Virus record (IMG/VR): IMGVR_UViG_3300008266_000033
Coordinates: 1-64,000 of that record
Reading direction: 5' to 3' (one strand)
DNA: 64,000 nt
DNA from: a virus
Part shown: in pieces, positions 14,197 through 23,751 of the stretch
Numbering within the stretch: the stretch's first letter is position 1
How the letters are laid out: every line of letters begins with the position of its first letter
Position numbers and translations under genes: made by a program
Notes under the pieces: generated by a model
Told to the model about the DNA's origin: nothing
What the model saw: only the letters and a program-made list of their open reading frames with translations
The model's database searches: none

Positions 14197-14800
14197 TGAG
14201 TTTATCTAAATATTGTTGTAATTCACTGTTGCTATAATATGTTTTATTGAATTCAGGTTCGATTTTTTTAATTTCACTAAGTAATTCTTTTTTATAACCG
14301 TCCCTATATGTATCTTTTTCAATTGCAATTGCTATATCTTGTAAATATTCAGGTGCTGAAATGCTAATTCTCAAATCATAATCAGTCCATTTATATTTGT
14401 AGTCCCACATTAATATACCTTTAGTGAGTTTTTGTTTTAAATTATATAAGGTTCTGTTTCTAACCCTTACAATAGAATTATCACTACCAAATAAATGTAA
14501 GAATCTCAAAAACCATCTTGGGCACCATTCAGGTCTAGCCTCAGCATCCATTACTAATACTAAAGCATGTAACATGTTTTTTTCATCTTTATAAGGAACA
14601 CTACCTAAATAACTATATTTTTCATGAAAGTTTTTAGGAAAAAACACTGCTCTAATATCATCAAATTTAATATTTCTAGTATGTATTATTCCTTTTTTTC
14701 TACCTTTCCAAAATAATAATCCTTTAGTAAAATCAATTACTTGTTCTTTAAATGGAGTTTTTCTATAGAATTTACTTTGTTTCATACTAACAACCTTCAA
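14171..14800 (-). CDS. Hypothetical protein
   Basis: 209-aa ORF. Confidence 0.75.
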   Translation of the reverse strand: MKVVSMKQSKFYRKTPFKEQVIDFTKGLLFWKGRKKGIIHTRNIKFDDIRAVFFPKNFHEKYSYLGSVPYKDEKNMLHALVLVMDAEARPEWCPRWFLRFLHLFGSDNSIVRVRNRTLYNLKQKLTKGILMWDYKYKWTDYDLRISISAPEYLQDIAIAIEKDTYRDGYKKELLSEIKKIEPEFNKTYYSNSELQQYLDKLNGKEQNTN

Positions 14801-15125
14801 TTAAATCGTTATCATTACGTTTTTGTATAAGTGTACTAAAATATTCACTTAAATCCTCTGATAGTCTCTTGTGGAAAGTATCTTCTCCATCATCACCTGA
14901 TAATAACCAATCTATACGCTGGGTGAATATTTTAGCTTTATTCAAATAATATAATCCCTCTTTAAATTTAGCTATAGTTTCAGGTGAATAGTCATAATAG
15001 TAATCATTGTCAAATTGACTAGTTTTTTCAGATAATGGCTTACCATTAATCTCAATTACTTCATCAAGCTTTTCTATTATATCTTCAATATGACGTTGGT
15101 AATAGTTAAAGTGTCCTCCTGACAT
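14787..15125 (-). CDS. Hypothetical protein (MSGGHFNY...RIDWLLSGDDGE type)
   Basis: 112-aa ORF; recurrent phage protein pattern. Confidence 0.75.
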   Translation of the reverse strand: MSGGHFNYYQRHIEDIIEKLDEVIEINGKPLSEKTSQFDNDYYYDYSPETIAKFKEGLYYLNKAKIFTQRIDWLLSGDDGEDTFHKRLSEDLSEYFSTLIQKRNDNDLIEGC

Positions 15126-15259
15126 AACTAAAATATTAAAGTGATTAGTTTTAGAATTATTACTGTAACTCCTAATACTACAGCAAATGCATAAAACGCA
15201 TCTTCAAAACTTATTTTTTTCATGTGCTTTTAATTTACCGTAAAGATACGAAAAGGATT

Positions 15260-15625
15260 TTATTTATCCCAATTTATTTTAGAGGGAACTTCATAATTTC
15301 TTTGTAGGTACTCTACAAAACCCCATAAATCAGCAGCACCATTATATTCATCTACTATATCCATCCATCCATCAGCCTCATTTATGATGTCTATAGGAAT
15401 TAATATTGCAACATCAGTTGAACGTCGTGTTTCTGAATCATAATAGAAATCTTGCTCAAATTCTATTTCCTCACCTTCACCTTTATAATGCCTTAGGAAT
15501 CCAAAGTGAGTATCAGGGCTTAATGGTAGTTGATTTTCATATAGTTCTGCTCTATTATCAGCGGTCCAAACATCTTGAAATTTTACTATCCATTCATTAT
15601 TTACATAATATAACTTTCCTTTCAT
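15260..15625 (-). CDS. Hypothetical protein
   Basis: 121-aa ORF. Confidence 0.7.
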   Translation of the reverse strand: MKGKLYYVNNEWIVKFQDVWTADNRAELYENQLPLSPDTHFGFLRHYKGEGEEIEFEQDFYYDSETRRSTDVAILIPIDIINEADGWMDIVDEYNGAADLWGFVEYLQRNYEVPSKINWDK

Positions 15626-15634
15626 AACTATTTA

Positions 15635-15844
15635 TTATCTATCTAAATTTATTGTTTTAGGTACAAGCATTTCTCGCCTGATTTCTTTTTTGATCAAGGG
15701 GTTTCTGTAGGTACCAGTTTTAATTACAGGTACAGGTCTTCTTTTCCAAGTATGTCCTATGGATGGTCTCCTATATCTTGCATCTGAGAAATCATTAGTG
15801 CAAGATATTGAAAATAACAATAATATGGTTAAAAGATATCTCAT
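15635..15844 (-). CDS. Small putative lipoprotein
   Basis: Signal MRYLLTILLLFSISC with lipobox-like Cys; ATATTTATA motif upstream (15875-15883). Confidence 0.55.
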   Translation of the reverse strand: MRYLLTILLLFSISCTNDFSDARYRRPSIGHTWKRRPVPVIKTGTYRNPLIKKEIRREMLVPKTINLDR

Positions 15845-15882
15845 GGGTTGTGCATATTAATACAACCCGTTTATTATAAATA

Positions 15883-16143
15883 TTAGTCTTCCAAACTATA
15901 TAATTTGAACTTTTCCATATAAGAATACCTTAGATTTTCATGATATCCTATAGGATAAGTAACTATGTAATACCCCAAACATGGATCACCATATTCACTT
16001 TGATGATCTACTATATGGAACTCACTCATTTCACATGATTCAGGAGCTCCTACATATTTTGCTAATTGGCGTTTAGCCTCTGAAGGGTCAGTTCCAATTG
16101 CTACTGGAACTCCATCTTCATCTATGTAAATAAAATTTGTCAT
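15883..16143 (-). CDS. Hypothetical protein
   Basis: 86-aa ORF. Confidence 0.65.
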   Translation of the reverse strand: MTNFIYIDEDGVPVAIGTDPSEAKRQLAKYVGAPESCEMSEFHIVDHQSEYGDPCLGYYIVTYPIGYHENLRYSYMEKFKLYSLED

Positions 16144-16153
16144 AACTGTTTTT

Positions 16154-16339
16154 TTATCTTAATAAGGTTACTGTTCCGTTTTGTGTTTTATATTTCATAT
16201 TAATATCTCTATATTCAACTTGATAATAATATACACCATCAGGTGCTAAATTTCCCTGATATGTTCCATCCCATGCTTGGTTTAGTTGATTAGATTGAAA
16301 TATAAGTATTCCTGTTCTAGTATATACAACAAATCTTAA
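16154..16339 (-). pseudogene. Out-of-frame 3' half of a T9SS type-B (gliding motility-associated, CHU_C) C-terminal domain
   Basis: Translates LRFVVYTRTGILIFQSNQLNQAWDGTYQGNLAPDGVYYYQVEYRDINMKYKTQNGTVTLLR*. No start codon, and the IPNAFTPN half is missing. Confidence 0.8.
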
Positions 16340-18573
16340 TCAATTCCCATAGTGTAAGTTGCTTCAGTAATTAATTCAACACAGTATCTTCCTGGTTGTA
16401 GATACCTATGAGTTGGTTCATAATCTGTAGATATTTCTGAATCATCAAAATTCCAATAATAATTATCTCCATCCTCAGATAAATTTATAAATTCAAATAC
16501 TGGGGATAATATGTCTATGGGATTAGATTGATTTGAATTAAATGCGGCTGATGGTGTTTTATTTATTAAAATATGGTTAGGTTTAACTAATGAATCAACA
16601 CATCCTTTATCAGTAATAGCTATTAGCCTTGCTGTAAATTGACCAGGTGAATCATAACATCGTTTAGTCTCTTCTCCAGTTTGAATTATACCAGGTTCTA
16701 AATTCCATTCATAAGTGTATAATGGATTAGGATCAATTACAAAAAAATTAATACAAGCAGGATGGCATTCACTGGTACTACTTTCGTCAAATAAAGCAGA
16801 TGGTAATGGGTTTACCACTACATTCAAAGTATGAGTTTGTTGGCATCCATTTGCATCAGTTAAAGTAGCAGTATACATTCCATCTGAGGGAGGATATACT
16901 ATTGAACCATTAACATCTTGATTAATATTATAGGTATTAGTCCAAACTATATTGTAAGGAGCAATTGCACTTTGTTGTGCCACTAACAGCTCTAACGGTT
17001 TACCAAAACATAATACCTCGTTATTATCTCCAGTTAATGTTATATTAAGAGGCTGATTTACATTTAAATCAAACATCTTAACACAACCATTATTATCAGT
17101 TACAATTAATTGATAGTATCCTGCACTCACATTAAATAAATCAGGGTTATTTATTAATGGGGCTGTGTTCCAAGAATAATCATATGGAGGAGTACCACCT
17201 AAAATATTAGCTGATATAGTTCCATCTGAGTATCCAAAGCAAGTTGGTTGAACTGAAACGAAAGTATTTTGAATATCTTGTAGTGGGCCTGTAATAGTTG
17301 CAATATTATCTAATATACATCCATTATCATCAATAATAGTAAGAGCATAATTATCTATAGCTAAATTATTAAATATTCCAGTAAGATTAGATAATGTATT
17401 GCAATGATATATGTAAGGGGGGGTTCCTCCAATTCCCTCTATTTGAATTTGACCATTATTTGCATTATAACAGTCTACATTTGTAACAGTTAATTGATTA
17501 TATTCTAATGGAGGTGGTTCTGTTATATTTACTCCAATGTTAGTAGTACATCCATTATCATCAGTTACTATTACATTATGTGCTCCAGCTGGTAAATTAT
17601 TAAATATTCCAGTTAAATTGATTACACCATTTAGGTTGTAGGTATAAGGTAAAGCACCATTAATTGAGTTAATAGTGAAGCTACCATTATTTTCTCCAAA
17701 GCATACATTGTCTTGTTGAGTTGTAATATTATTTACTACAGTTGTATTTTCTCCAACTACAACATTGATAGGATTTCCAACACATCCTTCATCATCCTCT
17801 ACTGTTACCACATAATTCCCAGCACCAATATTAGTTACTGGTATAGCAGAAGCAATTCCATTGACTGTATAGATGTAAGGTGCAGTACCTCCTACTGTTG
17901 TAATTGCAAAAGATCCATCATTAAATCCGCTACACGAGGCATCAATTATATTATTTGAACTAATAACAGGCAGCACATTACATCCTGTAACTGTACTTCC
18001 AGGTGATAATTCAGCAGGGTAAAGACCATTACATCCATTAGTACCCCAACTACCTGCAAATCCATCACTAACTGGAGATACTTGTATTGATAGTGAGTTA
18101 CCAACTGTAGGTCCTACTACTATAGTAAAGCATAAAGTCCAAGGTCCAGTTCCAAAGTCTCCCCAATCATCTGTAGTTTGGCCGTTAGTGTTTAAGTCAA
18201 AAAAGAAACCAGGCCCAAATTGATTTCCACCTCCACCTGAGGAAGCAGGATTACCATTAAATGTTCCTGGTATCCATAACCATTGGCCTCCTGATCCATT
18301 TCCTCCATTATTTGCTGGGTATGTTGTAGGAGTTAATGTTGTTAAATCCCAACCAGGTCCTAAATTAAGATCAAATCCTTCTAGCCAATTGGTACCTATT
18401 CCAGTATTCCAATTGTTATAGGTTATACAAAATTGGACTGTTGTTCCAGGAGCGTACCCCCCATTAACAGGGGCAGGATTAACATTGAAATTTTCTGTGC
18501 CCATGCAATCGTTTTGAGCACTTAAAACTAATGAGATTAATATTAACCCTATTAAAAGAAATAACCTTTTCAT
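16336..18573 (-). CDS. SprB-repeat/PKD secreted adhesin-like protein (CTD lost by frameshift/deletion)
   Basis: Signal peptide; four SprB-type repeats (C.G..NG....GGT.PY.Y...L.AG.Y...VTD.NGC); two PKD domains (YxWNF.D...PTHRY..PGRY). Confidence 0.85.
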   Translation of the reverse strand: MKRLFLLIGLILISLVLSAQNDCMGTENFNVNPAPVNGGYAPGTTVQFCITYNNWNTGIGTNWLEGFDLNLGPGWDLTTLTPTTYPANNGGNGSGGQWLWIPGTFNGNPASSGGGGNQFGPGFFFDLNTNGQTTDDWGDFGTGPWTLCFTIVVGPTVGNSLSIQVSPVSDGFAGSWGTNGCNGLYPAELSPGSTVTGCNVLPVISSNNIIDASCSGFNDGSFAITTVGGTAPYIYTVNGIASAIPVTNIGAGNYVVTVEDDEGCVGNPINVVVGENTTVVNNITTQQDNVCFGENNGSFTINSINGALPYTYNLNGVINLTGIFNNLPAGAHNVIVTDDNGCTTNIGVNITEPPPLEYNQLTVTNVDCYNANNGQIQIEGIGGTPPYIYHCNTLSNLTGIFNNLAIDNYALTIIDDNGCILDNIATITGPLQDIQNTFVSVQPTCFGYSDGTISANILGGTPPYDYSWNTAPLINNPDLFNVSAGYYQLIVTDNNGCVKMFDLNVNQPLNITLTGDNNEVLCFGKPLELLVAQQSAIAPYNIVWTNTYNINQDVNGSIVYPPSDGMYTATLTDANGCQQTHTLNVVVNPLPSALFDESSTSECHPACINFFVIDPNPLYTYEWNLEPGIIQTGEETKRCYDSPGQFTARLIAITDKGCVDSLVKPNHILINKTPSAAFNSNQSNPIDILSPVFEFINLSEDGDNYYWNFDDSEISTDYEPTHRYLQPGRYCVELITEATYTMGID

Positions 18574-18596
18574 AAGCGGTTTTTATGATAAATATA

Positions 18597-18974
18597 CTAT
18601 TCTATAACACTTTTTCGTTTCAAACTTGATATAACTAGTTTTGCTGTATTGTAGTTTGTTGCTAATGGTATATCGTATACGTTACAAATCCTTAGTAACA
18701 TATTCACGTCTACTTGGTGTGGATGAACATCTAAAGGATCTATAAAAAATATAACACCATCAATCTTACCTTCAGTAATTAAAGTAGCTATTTGAGCATC
18801 ACCTCCTAAAGGACCTGATTTCATTTTTGTAACTTGTAAACCAGCGTGTTCAACGTGTGTACCTGTAGTTCCAGTTGCAACTATGTCTACTTTTTTAAAG
18901 AAATCTAGGCGCTTCATAACGAAAGCAACCATGTCTGCCTTTTTACCATCGTGGGCAATAAGTGCTATTGTCAT
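18597..18974 (-). CDS. mgsA: Methylglyoxal synthase
   Basis: IALIAHDGKK, ATGTTG, SGPLGGDAQI, FFIDPL..HPHQVDVNMLLRICNVYDIPLATN. Start at 18974 because a promoter and terminator occupy the longer ORF's 5' end. Confidence 0.95.
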   Translation of the reverse strand: MTIALIAHDGKKADMVAFVMKRLDFFKKVDIVATGTTGTHVEHAGLQVTKMKSGPLGGDAQIATLITEGKIDGVIFFIDPLDVHPHQVDVNMLLRICNVYDIPLATNYNTAKLVISSLKRKSVIE

Positions 18975-18996
18975 AACTTTTATTTGGGGTAAATAT

Positions 18997-19023
18997 AAAA
19001 AAAAAGCTTGCATTTGCAAGCTT
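18997..19023 (-). terminator. Intrinsic terminator
   Basis: AAGCTTGCA/TGCAAGCTT stem followed by a long T-run on the minus strand. Confidence 0.8.
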
Positions 19024-19050
19024 AATTTAAAATATATTTATAGAACTTAT

Positions 19051-19581
19051 TTAACTTCGTATTAAATTTAATTTTATTTGTTCATCACACCAAGATGAAA
19101 ATTCTTCTAATGTTTTTTGAATAAATTCTTGGAATTCTGATATATTGTCAGCGGTATAATATTTTTCTCTGCTATATGAGGTCTCACCAGGGCCAAGAAC
19201 TGTAATATAATATTTAGGTGTTTTAGATTCAGATCCATCTGGGAGTAGAGTTGATTTAAAAAATCTTATTATTCTTTTTTCCATTTTTTTATTTTCTAAA
19301 GATAAAACACACATAGGATCATCTGGGGGTGATAATTTTATATATGGGCGAAGTTTTTTAACATTTTCTTTTTCAGAAAAATCTTTAACAAGTTTACATT
19401 CTTCATCACTTAAAGGGGAAAGTTTTTCTCCATTAGCTAAAACAGCAGAGTTAGGTTCTTTTACACTATACATGTTTTGTTGGTTTATTTCTTTAACACC
19501 TTCATTTAACTGTGACTTAGTAATGATGCCCGCAAGTTTTTGCATTCTTCTGAATTCTTCAGATATAATTTGTTTTTTCAT
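19051..19581 (-). CDS. Putative internal head protein with leader MKKQIISEEFRRMQKLAGII...QLNE
   Basis: ATATTTATA motif at 19599-19607 places the start at 19581. Leader contains I-S-E and L-N-E sites. Confidence 0.7.
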   Translation of the reverse strand: MKKQIISEEFRRMQKLAGIITKSQLNEGVKEINQQNMYSVKEPNSAVLANGEKLSPLSDEECKLVKDFSEKENVKKLRPYIKLSPPDDPMCVLSLENKKMEKRIIRFFKSTLLPDGSESKTPKYYITVLGPGETSYSREKYYTADNISEFQEFIQKTLEEFSSWCDEQIKLNLIRS

Positions 19582-19606
19582 TTTGTTAAGTATTTTGTTA
19601 TAAATA

Positions 19607-19807
19607 TCATTCATCTTCTAATCCATCCATCAAAGTAACATCCCAATCTTCATCATCAGTACGTTCAAATGCACCATCAGGTCCAATTTGAAAATCATCT
19701 GAAACATATATATCCCATAGCTTTTTATCCATCCATTCATCATAAGTTAATGTTGATGTTGGATTTTCTTTGAGGTAGTTTTGGTATTGGGTTTCGAGGG
19801 TTGCCAT
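19607..19807 (-). CDS. Acidic hypothetical protein
   Basis: 66-aa ORF. Confidence 0.65.
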   Translation of the reverse strand: MATLETQYQNYLKENPTSTLTYDEWMDKKLWDIYVSDDFQIGPDGAFERTDDEDWDVTLMDGLEDE

Positions 19808-19809
19808 AA

Positions 19810-21012
19810 CTAATTTGATAAAGGTGCTTTAATTGTTGGATGCGATTGATAGTTTTCTAAAATAACATCATTAACTGAGGAACAGAATATACCATCTCTA
19901 ACGTGTACTGTTGGTAGTGGATATGGTTCTCTTGTTCGTTTTGGAACATCTTGTTGGTCTAACTCAAAATCTTTCCAATCAGTTTTACAATCTCGTTTAT
20001 TTCCACCACAACGATTAATAAAATGCCATTCATTTCGTTCTTCAGTAGTCATCTCTCTACCAATCTGTTCTTTGGCTTGTTCAATGTGGTTTGAATATAA
20101 GTGTACATCACCTAAGTTTCCAATTAATTCATCAGGTACCATATTTACTTCATCTGCAATCATTGTAAGTAATAATCCATAACTAGCAATGTTGAATGGT
20201 AAACCTAAGAATGTATCTACTGAACGTTGATTCCACATTAAAGAGATTGCTCTGGTTGGGATTTTATATGGAGTGTTATCTATATTTGTTGGTACCATCA
20301 TATCCGCTAAAGGTCCATATTTTTCTTTCCAAATAGGTAAAGCTAATTTATGACGCTCTTCTAAACTCAACTCTCTTGTATAAACTTGAAATCCATAATG
20401 ACAAGGTGGAAGAACCATTTGGTCTAATTCTCCAACATTCCAAGCATTAACCATTAATCGTCTTGAGTCTGGGTTTGTTTTGAGGTCGTTGATTAGGTTT
20501 GCGATTTGGTCTATATACAATTCATCTTTATTAAAATCTTTTAACGAGCACCAACCTTCGTTATTTTTCCAAACATCATCTTCAACAATAAATGAATCGC
20601 TCTTTTTCCAACTTCTCCATTGCTTACCATAAATTGGACCTAATTCACCCCACTTCTCTTCCCATTCTTTATCGTTTTTAATATGTTCAATAAAATCCTC
20701 TTTACTCTTTGGCCATCTAACTTCATCACTATTTACATATCGCTTATAAGCATCTCCATCCCAAATATGACAATCATTATCAACAAGGTATTTGATGTTG
20801 GTATCACCTTTTAAAAACCATAGTAATTCAACTACCATAGTTTTCCAAGCCATTTTCTTGGTTGTAAGTAGTGGAAATCCATCAGACATTTTATGACGGA
20901 TTTGTCTACCAAACACACTTAGTGTACCTGTGCCTGTTCTGTCGGATTTTTCAACTCCATTGTCAAGTATGTCTTGTAAGAGTGCTTGATACCTATAATC
21001 AATTGTATTCAT
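19810..21012 (-). CDS. thyA: Thymidylate synthase (with insertions)
   Basis: DRTGTGT, FPLLTTKK, ELLWFL, LGPIYGKQWR, DSRR, LPPCH, QRSVDTFLGLPFNIASY, GDVHLYSNH. Confidence 0.97.
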   Translation of the reverse strand: MNTIDYRYQALLQDILDNGVEKSDRTGTGTLSVFGRQIRHKMSDGFPLLTTKKMAWKTMVVELLWFLKGDTNIKYLVDNDCHIWDGDAYKRYVNSDEVRWPKSKEDFIEHIKNDKEWEEKWGELGPIYGKQWRSWKKSDSFIVEDDVWKNNEGWCSLKDFNKDELYIDQIANLINDLKTNPDSRRLMVNAWNVGELDQMVLPPCHYGFQVYTRELSLEERHKLALPIWKEKYGPLADMMVPTNIDNTPYKIPTRAISLMWNQRSVDTFLGLPFNIASYGLLLTMIADEVNMVPDELIGNLGDVHLYSNHIEQAKEQIGREMTTEERNEWHFINRCGGNKRDCKTDWKDFELDQQDVPKRTREPYPLPTVHVRDGIFCSSVNDVILENYQSHPTIKAPLSN

Positions 21013-21013
21013 A

Positions 21014-21262
21014 TTAATCTTCTAAATTTAAACCATAACCATTAAGTATGTCTCGGATCTCTTCTCTAATCTTATCCGCAACATCCATTTCCTCACCACT
21101 AGCTTCTTTGCTTCGATTAGTGATACTGACACCATGTTTAACAGTACTGCGTAGAATCTGATCTAGATCCCACATAGCCATTTTCCACTTCATAGCATCT
21201 AATGCTACTCTTGCATCTTGTGATTCTTCAACTGAATCGAACTCTATTATAATTTTTCCCAT
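21014..21262 (-). CDS. Hypothetical protein
   Basis: 82-aa ORF. Confidence 0.7.
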   Translation of the reverse strand: MGKIIIEFDSVEESQDARVALDAMKWKMAMWDLDQILRSTVKHGVSITNRSKEASGEEMDVADKIREEIRDILNGYGLNLED

Positions 21263-21263
21263 G

Positions 21264-21461
21264 TTAATAGTCTTGATATATTTTTATTCCAAAGTCCCAA
21301 AATAGAAAGTTTATATACACTCCCCACCAATCACCATGTACATCGCTAGTGATAAAATGATACTTATTTCGCTCAACACGTAGTGTAGGTATGATAGTAC
21401 AGTCCCAACACCAATTATCGTTGATAATTTTATTGAATAAAAAACCTATTTTATATTTCAT
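21264..21461 (-). CDS. Hypothetical protein
   Basis: 65-aa ORF; class I promoter TTCGTATCTTTAC directly upstream (21465-21477). Confidence 0.6.
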   Translation of the reverse strand: MKYKIGFLFNKIINDNWCWDCTIIPTLRVERNKYHFITSDVHGDWWGVYINFLFWDFGIKIYQDY

Positions 21462-21484
21462 GATGTAAAGATACGAAAAAAATC

Positions 21485-21889
21485 CTATTTAAACCAGCTA
21501 AAATTAGCCATTTTGTTTCTTAATGGATAATACCACTCGTACCTAAAAAAGTTACCCCATTTAAAATGTTCATCAACATCTTCAATAAACCTAAGTAAAT
21601 AAGTACCCAATTCTGCTAATTCATCCTCAGTTGGGTTTTTAACATAAGGATGATCTGTAAATTTACTATGGTTTTGGTGATAATATTTTTTAACATCATC
21701 TAAAGTTTTAAATAACCCATTTTCCATTAATTCACCATAAGTAATATAGTATGATGGAAAATCACATATTTCAAATGTTTGGACATATTTTAGCTTTTTA
21801 GTGGGAAATTTAAACTCGCAAACTGTTTCTTCTTCTAAAGAAGACCAAAATGTATACCAGGTACTATAACTCCAACGTGAATAGCTCAT
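21485..21889 (-). CDS. Hypothetical protein
   Basis: 134-aa ORF. Confidence 0.7.
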   Translation of the reverse strand: MSYSRWSYSTWYTFWSSLEEETVCEFKFPTKKLKYVQTFEICDFPSYYITYGELMENGLFKTLDDVKKYYHQNHSKFTDHPYVKNPTEDELAELGTYLLRFIEDVDEHFKWGNFFRYEWYYPLRNKMANFSWFK

Positions 21890-22151
21890 AAACTGAATTT
21901 GTGGTTTTAAACTTTGTATAGTTTTCTTTTTGCTCTAAAATTTCAGTAATTATAGTTGTTAACCAAGTGTAGCTCATGTAGTGAGGATCTATAATTAATG
22001 ATCTCTCTACTTTAGGTTCATCGTGGGCTGAATTGAAGGTTCCGTTTTCATTCCAGTCAATCCACCTAATCTTTTCACCTTCTAAGGTTAAATTATCACG
22101 CTCACGAACTAACTTATACTTTTTAGGATTGGATTGTTCTTCTGCTATCAT
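21864..22151 (-). CDS. Hypothetical protein
   Basis: 95-aa ORF. Confidence 0.7.
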   Translation of the reverse strand: MIAEEQSNPKKYKLVRERDNLTLEGEKIRWIDWNENGTFNSAHDEPKVERSLIIDPHYMSYTWLTTIITEILEQKENYTKFKTTNSVYELFTLEL

Positions 22152-22154
22152 AAC

Positions 22155-22469
22155 TTATTGTTGTTTCCAAATAACTTCATCTTTGTTTTTAGTCCAATAG
22201 ATTCTAAAATCAGCATCGTATCTGTCTTTGGTAAAATAAACCTTTGTTCCTCTAGAATACCATGGGGGAGCTAAATAAATAAAACCTGGTTTGGTGATTT
22301 CATACTCATATTCAACTGAATAGGCAATTATATCTGCTTCTGCTTTGTTGTTGGTTTCATATACTTTGTATAAAGCCTGATATTGATTTCGCACCGGCTT
22401 CCATATTTGCCCATTGACATTTAAATATAAAAATAATAAAACCGCTATACAAAGTAGTATTTTATTCAT
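22155..22469 (-). CDS. Secreted protein with internal KVY..x..AD duplication (DUF6150-like)
   Basis: Signal peptide MNKILLCIAVLLFLY; repeats KVYETNNKAEADI and KVYFTKDRYDADF. Confidence 0.55.
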   Translation of the reverse strand: MNKILLCIAVLLFLYLNVNGQIWKPVRNQYQALYKVYETNNKAEADIIAYSVEYEYEITKPGFIYLAPPWYSRGTKVYFTKDRYDADFRIYWTKNKDEVIWKQQ

Positions 22470-22647
22470 CCTCATTAACAGGTCTAAAATTAGTAAATCC
22501 ACCTAATTCTTTAATGTATTTTTTCTTTAATTTAGTATTAAACACTTCTGCTGAAGGGTTATTGAATTTTTGTTTCCTGGGTGTTTTAAGTGTTCTACGA
22601 TACACCTCTAGGCATTCTAGTTTTTGTAAATTTGTTGTTTTGCTCAT
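22462..22647 (-). CDS. Basic hypothetical protein
   Basis: 61-aa ORF. Confidence 0.6.
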   Translation of the reverse strand: MSKTTNLQKLECLEVYRRTLKTPRKQKFNNPSAEVFNTKLKKKYIKELGGFTNFRPVNEDE

Positions 22648-22649
22648 AA

Positions 22650-22952
22650 CTATTTTTTTAAGATTTCAATTGCTTCTGTTATTTCAGTACATTTTTCGTA
22701 CATTTCTTTTTCTACAAAATATTTTAAGTTAGTTTCTAATGTTTCAGCAAAGTATTTCCTATCCAAAGTCAAATCATACACTGATTCATCTTCTACAAAA
22801 TTAACAGATAGGATATGAACATTATTTTTTTTAGTGGTTAGGTTCTCCAAAATAGCATTAACTATTGCTTCTGCTATTTTAAAATCCTTTTTATCAAGCA
22901 TTTCTTGAAATTCATCACTATTATTTAGGGTTAATTCTAAGGCCATGATCAA
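22650..22952 (-). CDS. Hypothetical protein with C-terminal UVR-like motif
   Basis: LKYFVEKEMYEKCTEITEAI. Confidence 0.6.
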   Translation of the reverse strand: MIMALELTLNNSDEFQEMLDKKDFKIAEAIVNAILENLTTKKNNVHILSVNFVEDESVYDLTLDRKYFAETLETNLKYFVEKEMYEKCTEITEAIEILKK

Positions 22953-23107
22953 AATAAATTTAGATAATCTTTATTAATTGTTTTATTTTTTAGCTTCTGA
23001 TTTTTTTCATCTTTTTTCAATATATCATTAGCTAATTTTTCTAAATGTTTTTCCTTAGCTCTTTGAAAATCAGTTACTACTTCTGTATGTTTTTTATTCT
23101 TTTTCAT
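22949..23107 (-). CDS. Small basic protein (52 aa)
   Basis: MKKNKKHTEVVTDFQRAKEKHLEKLANDILKK...YLNLF; fills the gap with overlaps on both sides. Confidence 0.6.
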   Translation of the reverse strand: MKKNKKHTEVVTDFQRAKEKHLEKLANDILKKDEKNQKLKNKTINKDYLNLF

Positions 23108-23751
23108 TTGGTATAGCTTACTAGATCATACGGGTCATCATCTACTTTTGGATCTTCATATAGTCCAATTTCTTTCAACCTAGATAAGTGATAATCATCT
23201 AACTGGAAATCAATTGCCTCTGTAGTTTTAGATACTGATTTAGTTTCCTCTAGTTGTTGCATATCTCTATCTGTAAACACATTCCCAACAGTTAAAAAGT
23301 AACAGTTATAACACAACAGTTGTAAGTTAGGTAATACCCAGTTTCGTTTATCCCCATTTTTAAAATGCATTAGTAGAGGCATCTTGTAATCTAATACTCT
23401 TCTTTCACCAAACCCACACATACTGCACTTTTCCTCCATTAACCCTCGCTCTAGTATTTTATCTTTCAATTTTTGAGGGTCAAACGATGAAGCATCAATT
23501 CTTCCAGCCACTATATCTTCAATAGCGTCTTCTTTTTGTGTTTTACCTAAAAACTTGGGGATACCTTTACCTTGTCGATTTTTATGTAGTTCAAATAAGG
23601 TTTTACCTGATTCTTCATCCACATAGAATTTCATCCATTTTTTTAAGTGAATATAAGAGCATCCCAAGTATCTAGCAGCAGCCCGCACCGATTTGGTTTG
23701 GGCCATTGCTGCTTGAACTTCTCCTTTACTTAAATCTAATCTTTTAGGCAT
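23104..23751 (-). CDS. HTH + degenerate HNH-fold protein
   Basis: SVRAAARYLGCSY (HTH); KCSMCG...LLMHFKNGDKRNWVLPNLQLLCYNC. Likely start MPKRL. Confidence 0.7.
   Translation of the reverse strand: MPKRLDLSKGEVQAAMAQTKSVRAAARYLGCSYIHLKKWMKFYVDEESGKTLFELHKNRQGKGIPKFLGKTQKEDAIEDIVAGRIDASSFDPQKLKDKILERGLMEEKCSMCGFGERRVLDYKMPLLMHFKNGDKRNWVLPNLQLLCYNCYFLTVGNVFTDRDMQQLEETKSVSKTTEAIDFQLDDYHLSRLKEIGLYEDPKVDDDPYDLVSYTK

Noticed and set aside
19810-21012. Intron or intein in thyA (also checked polB and nrdA)
   Set aside because: Insertions are short, in frame and lack splicing motifs.
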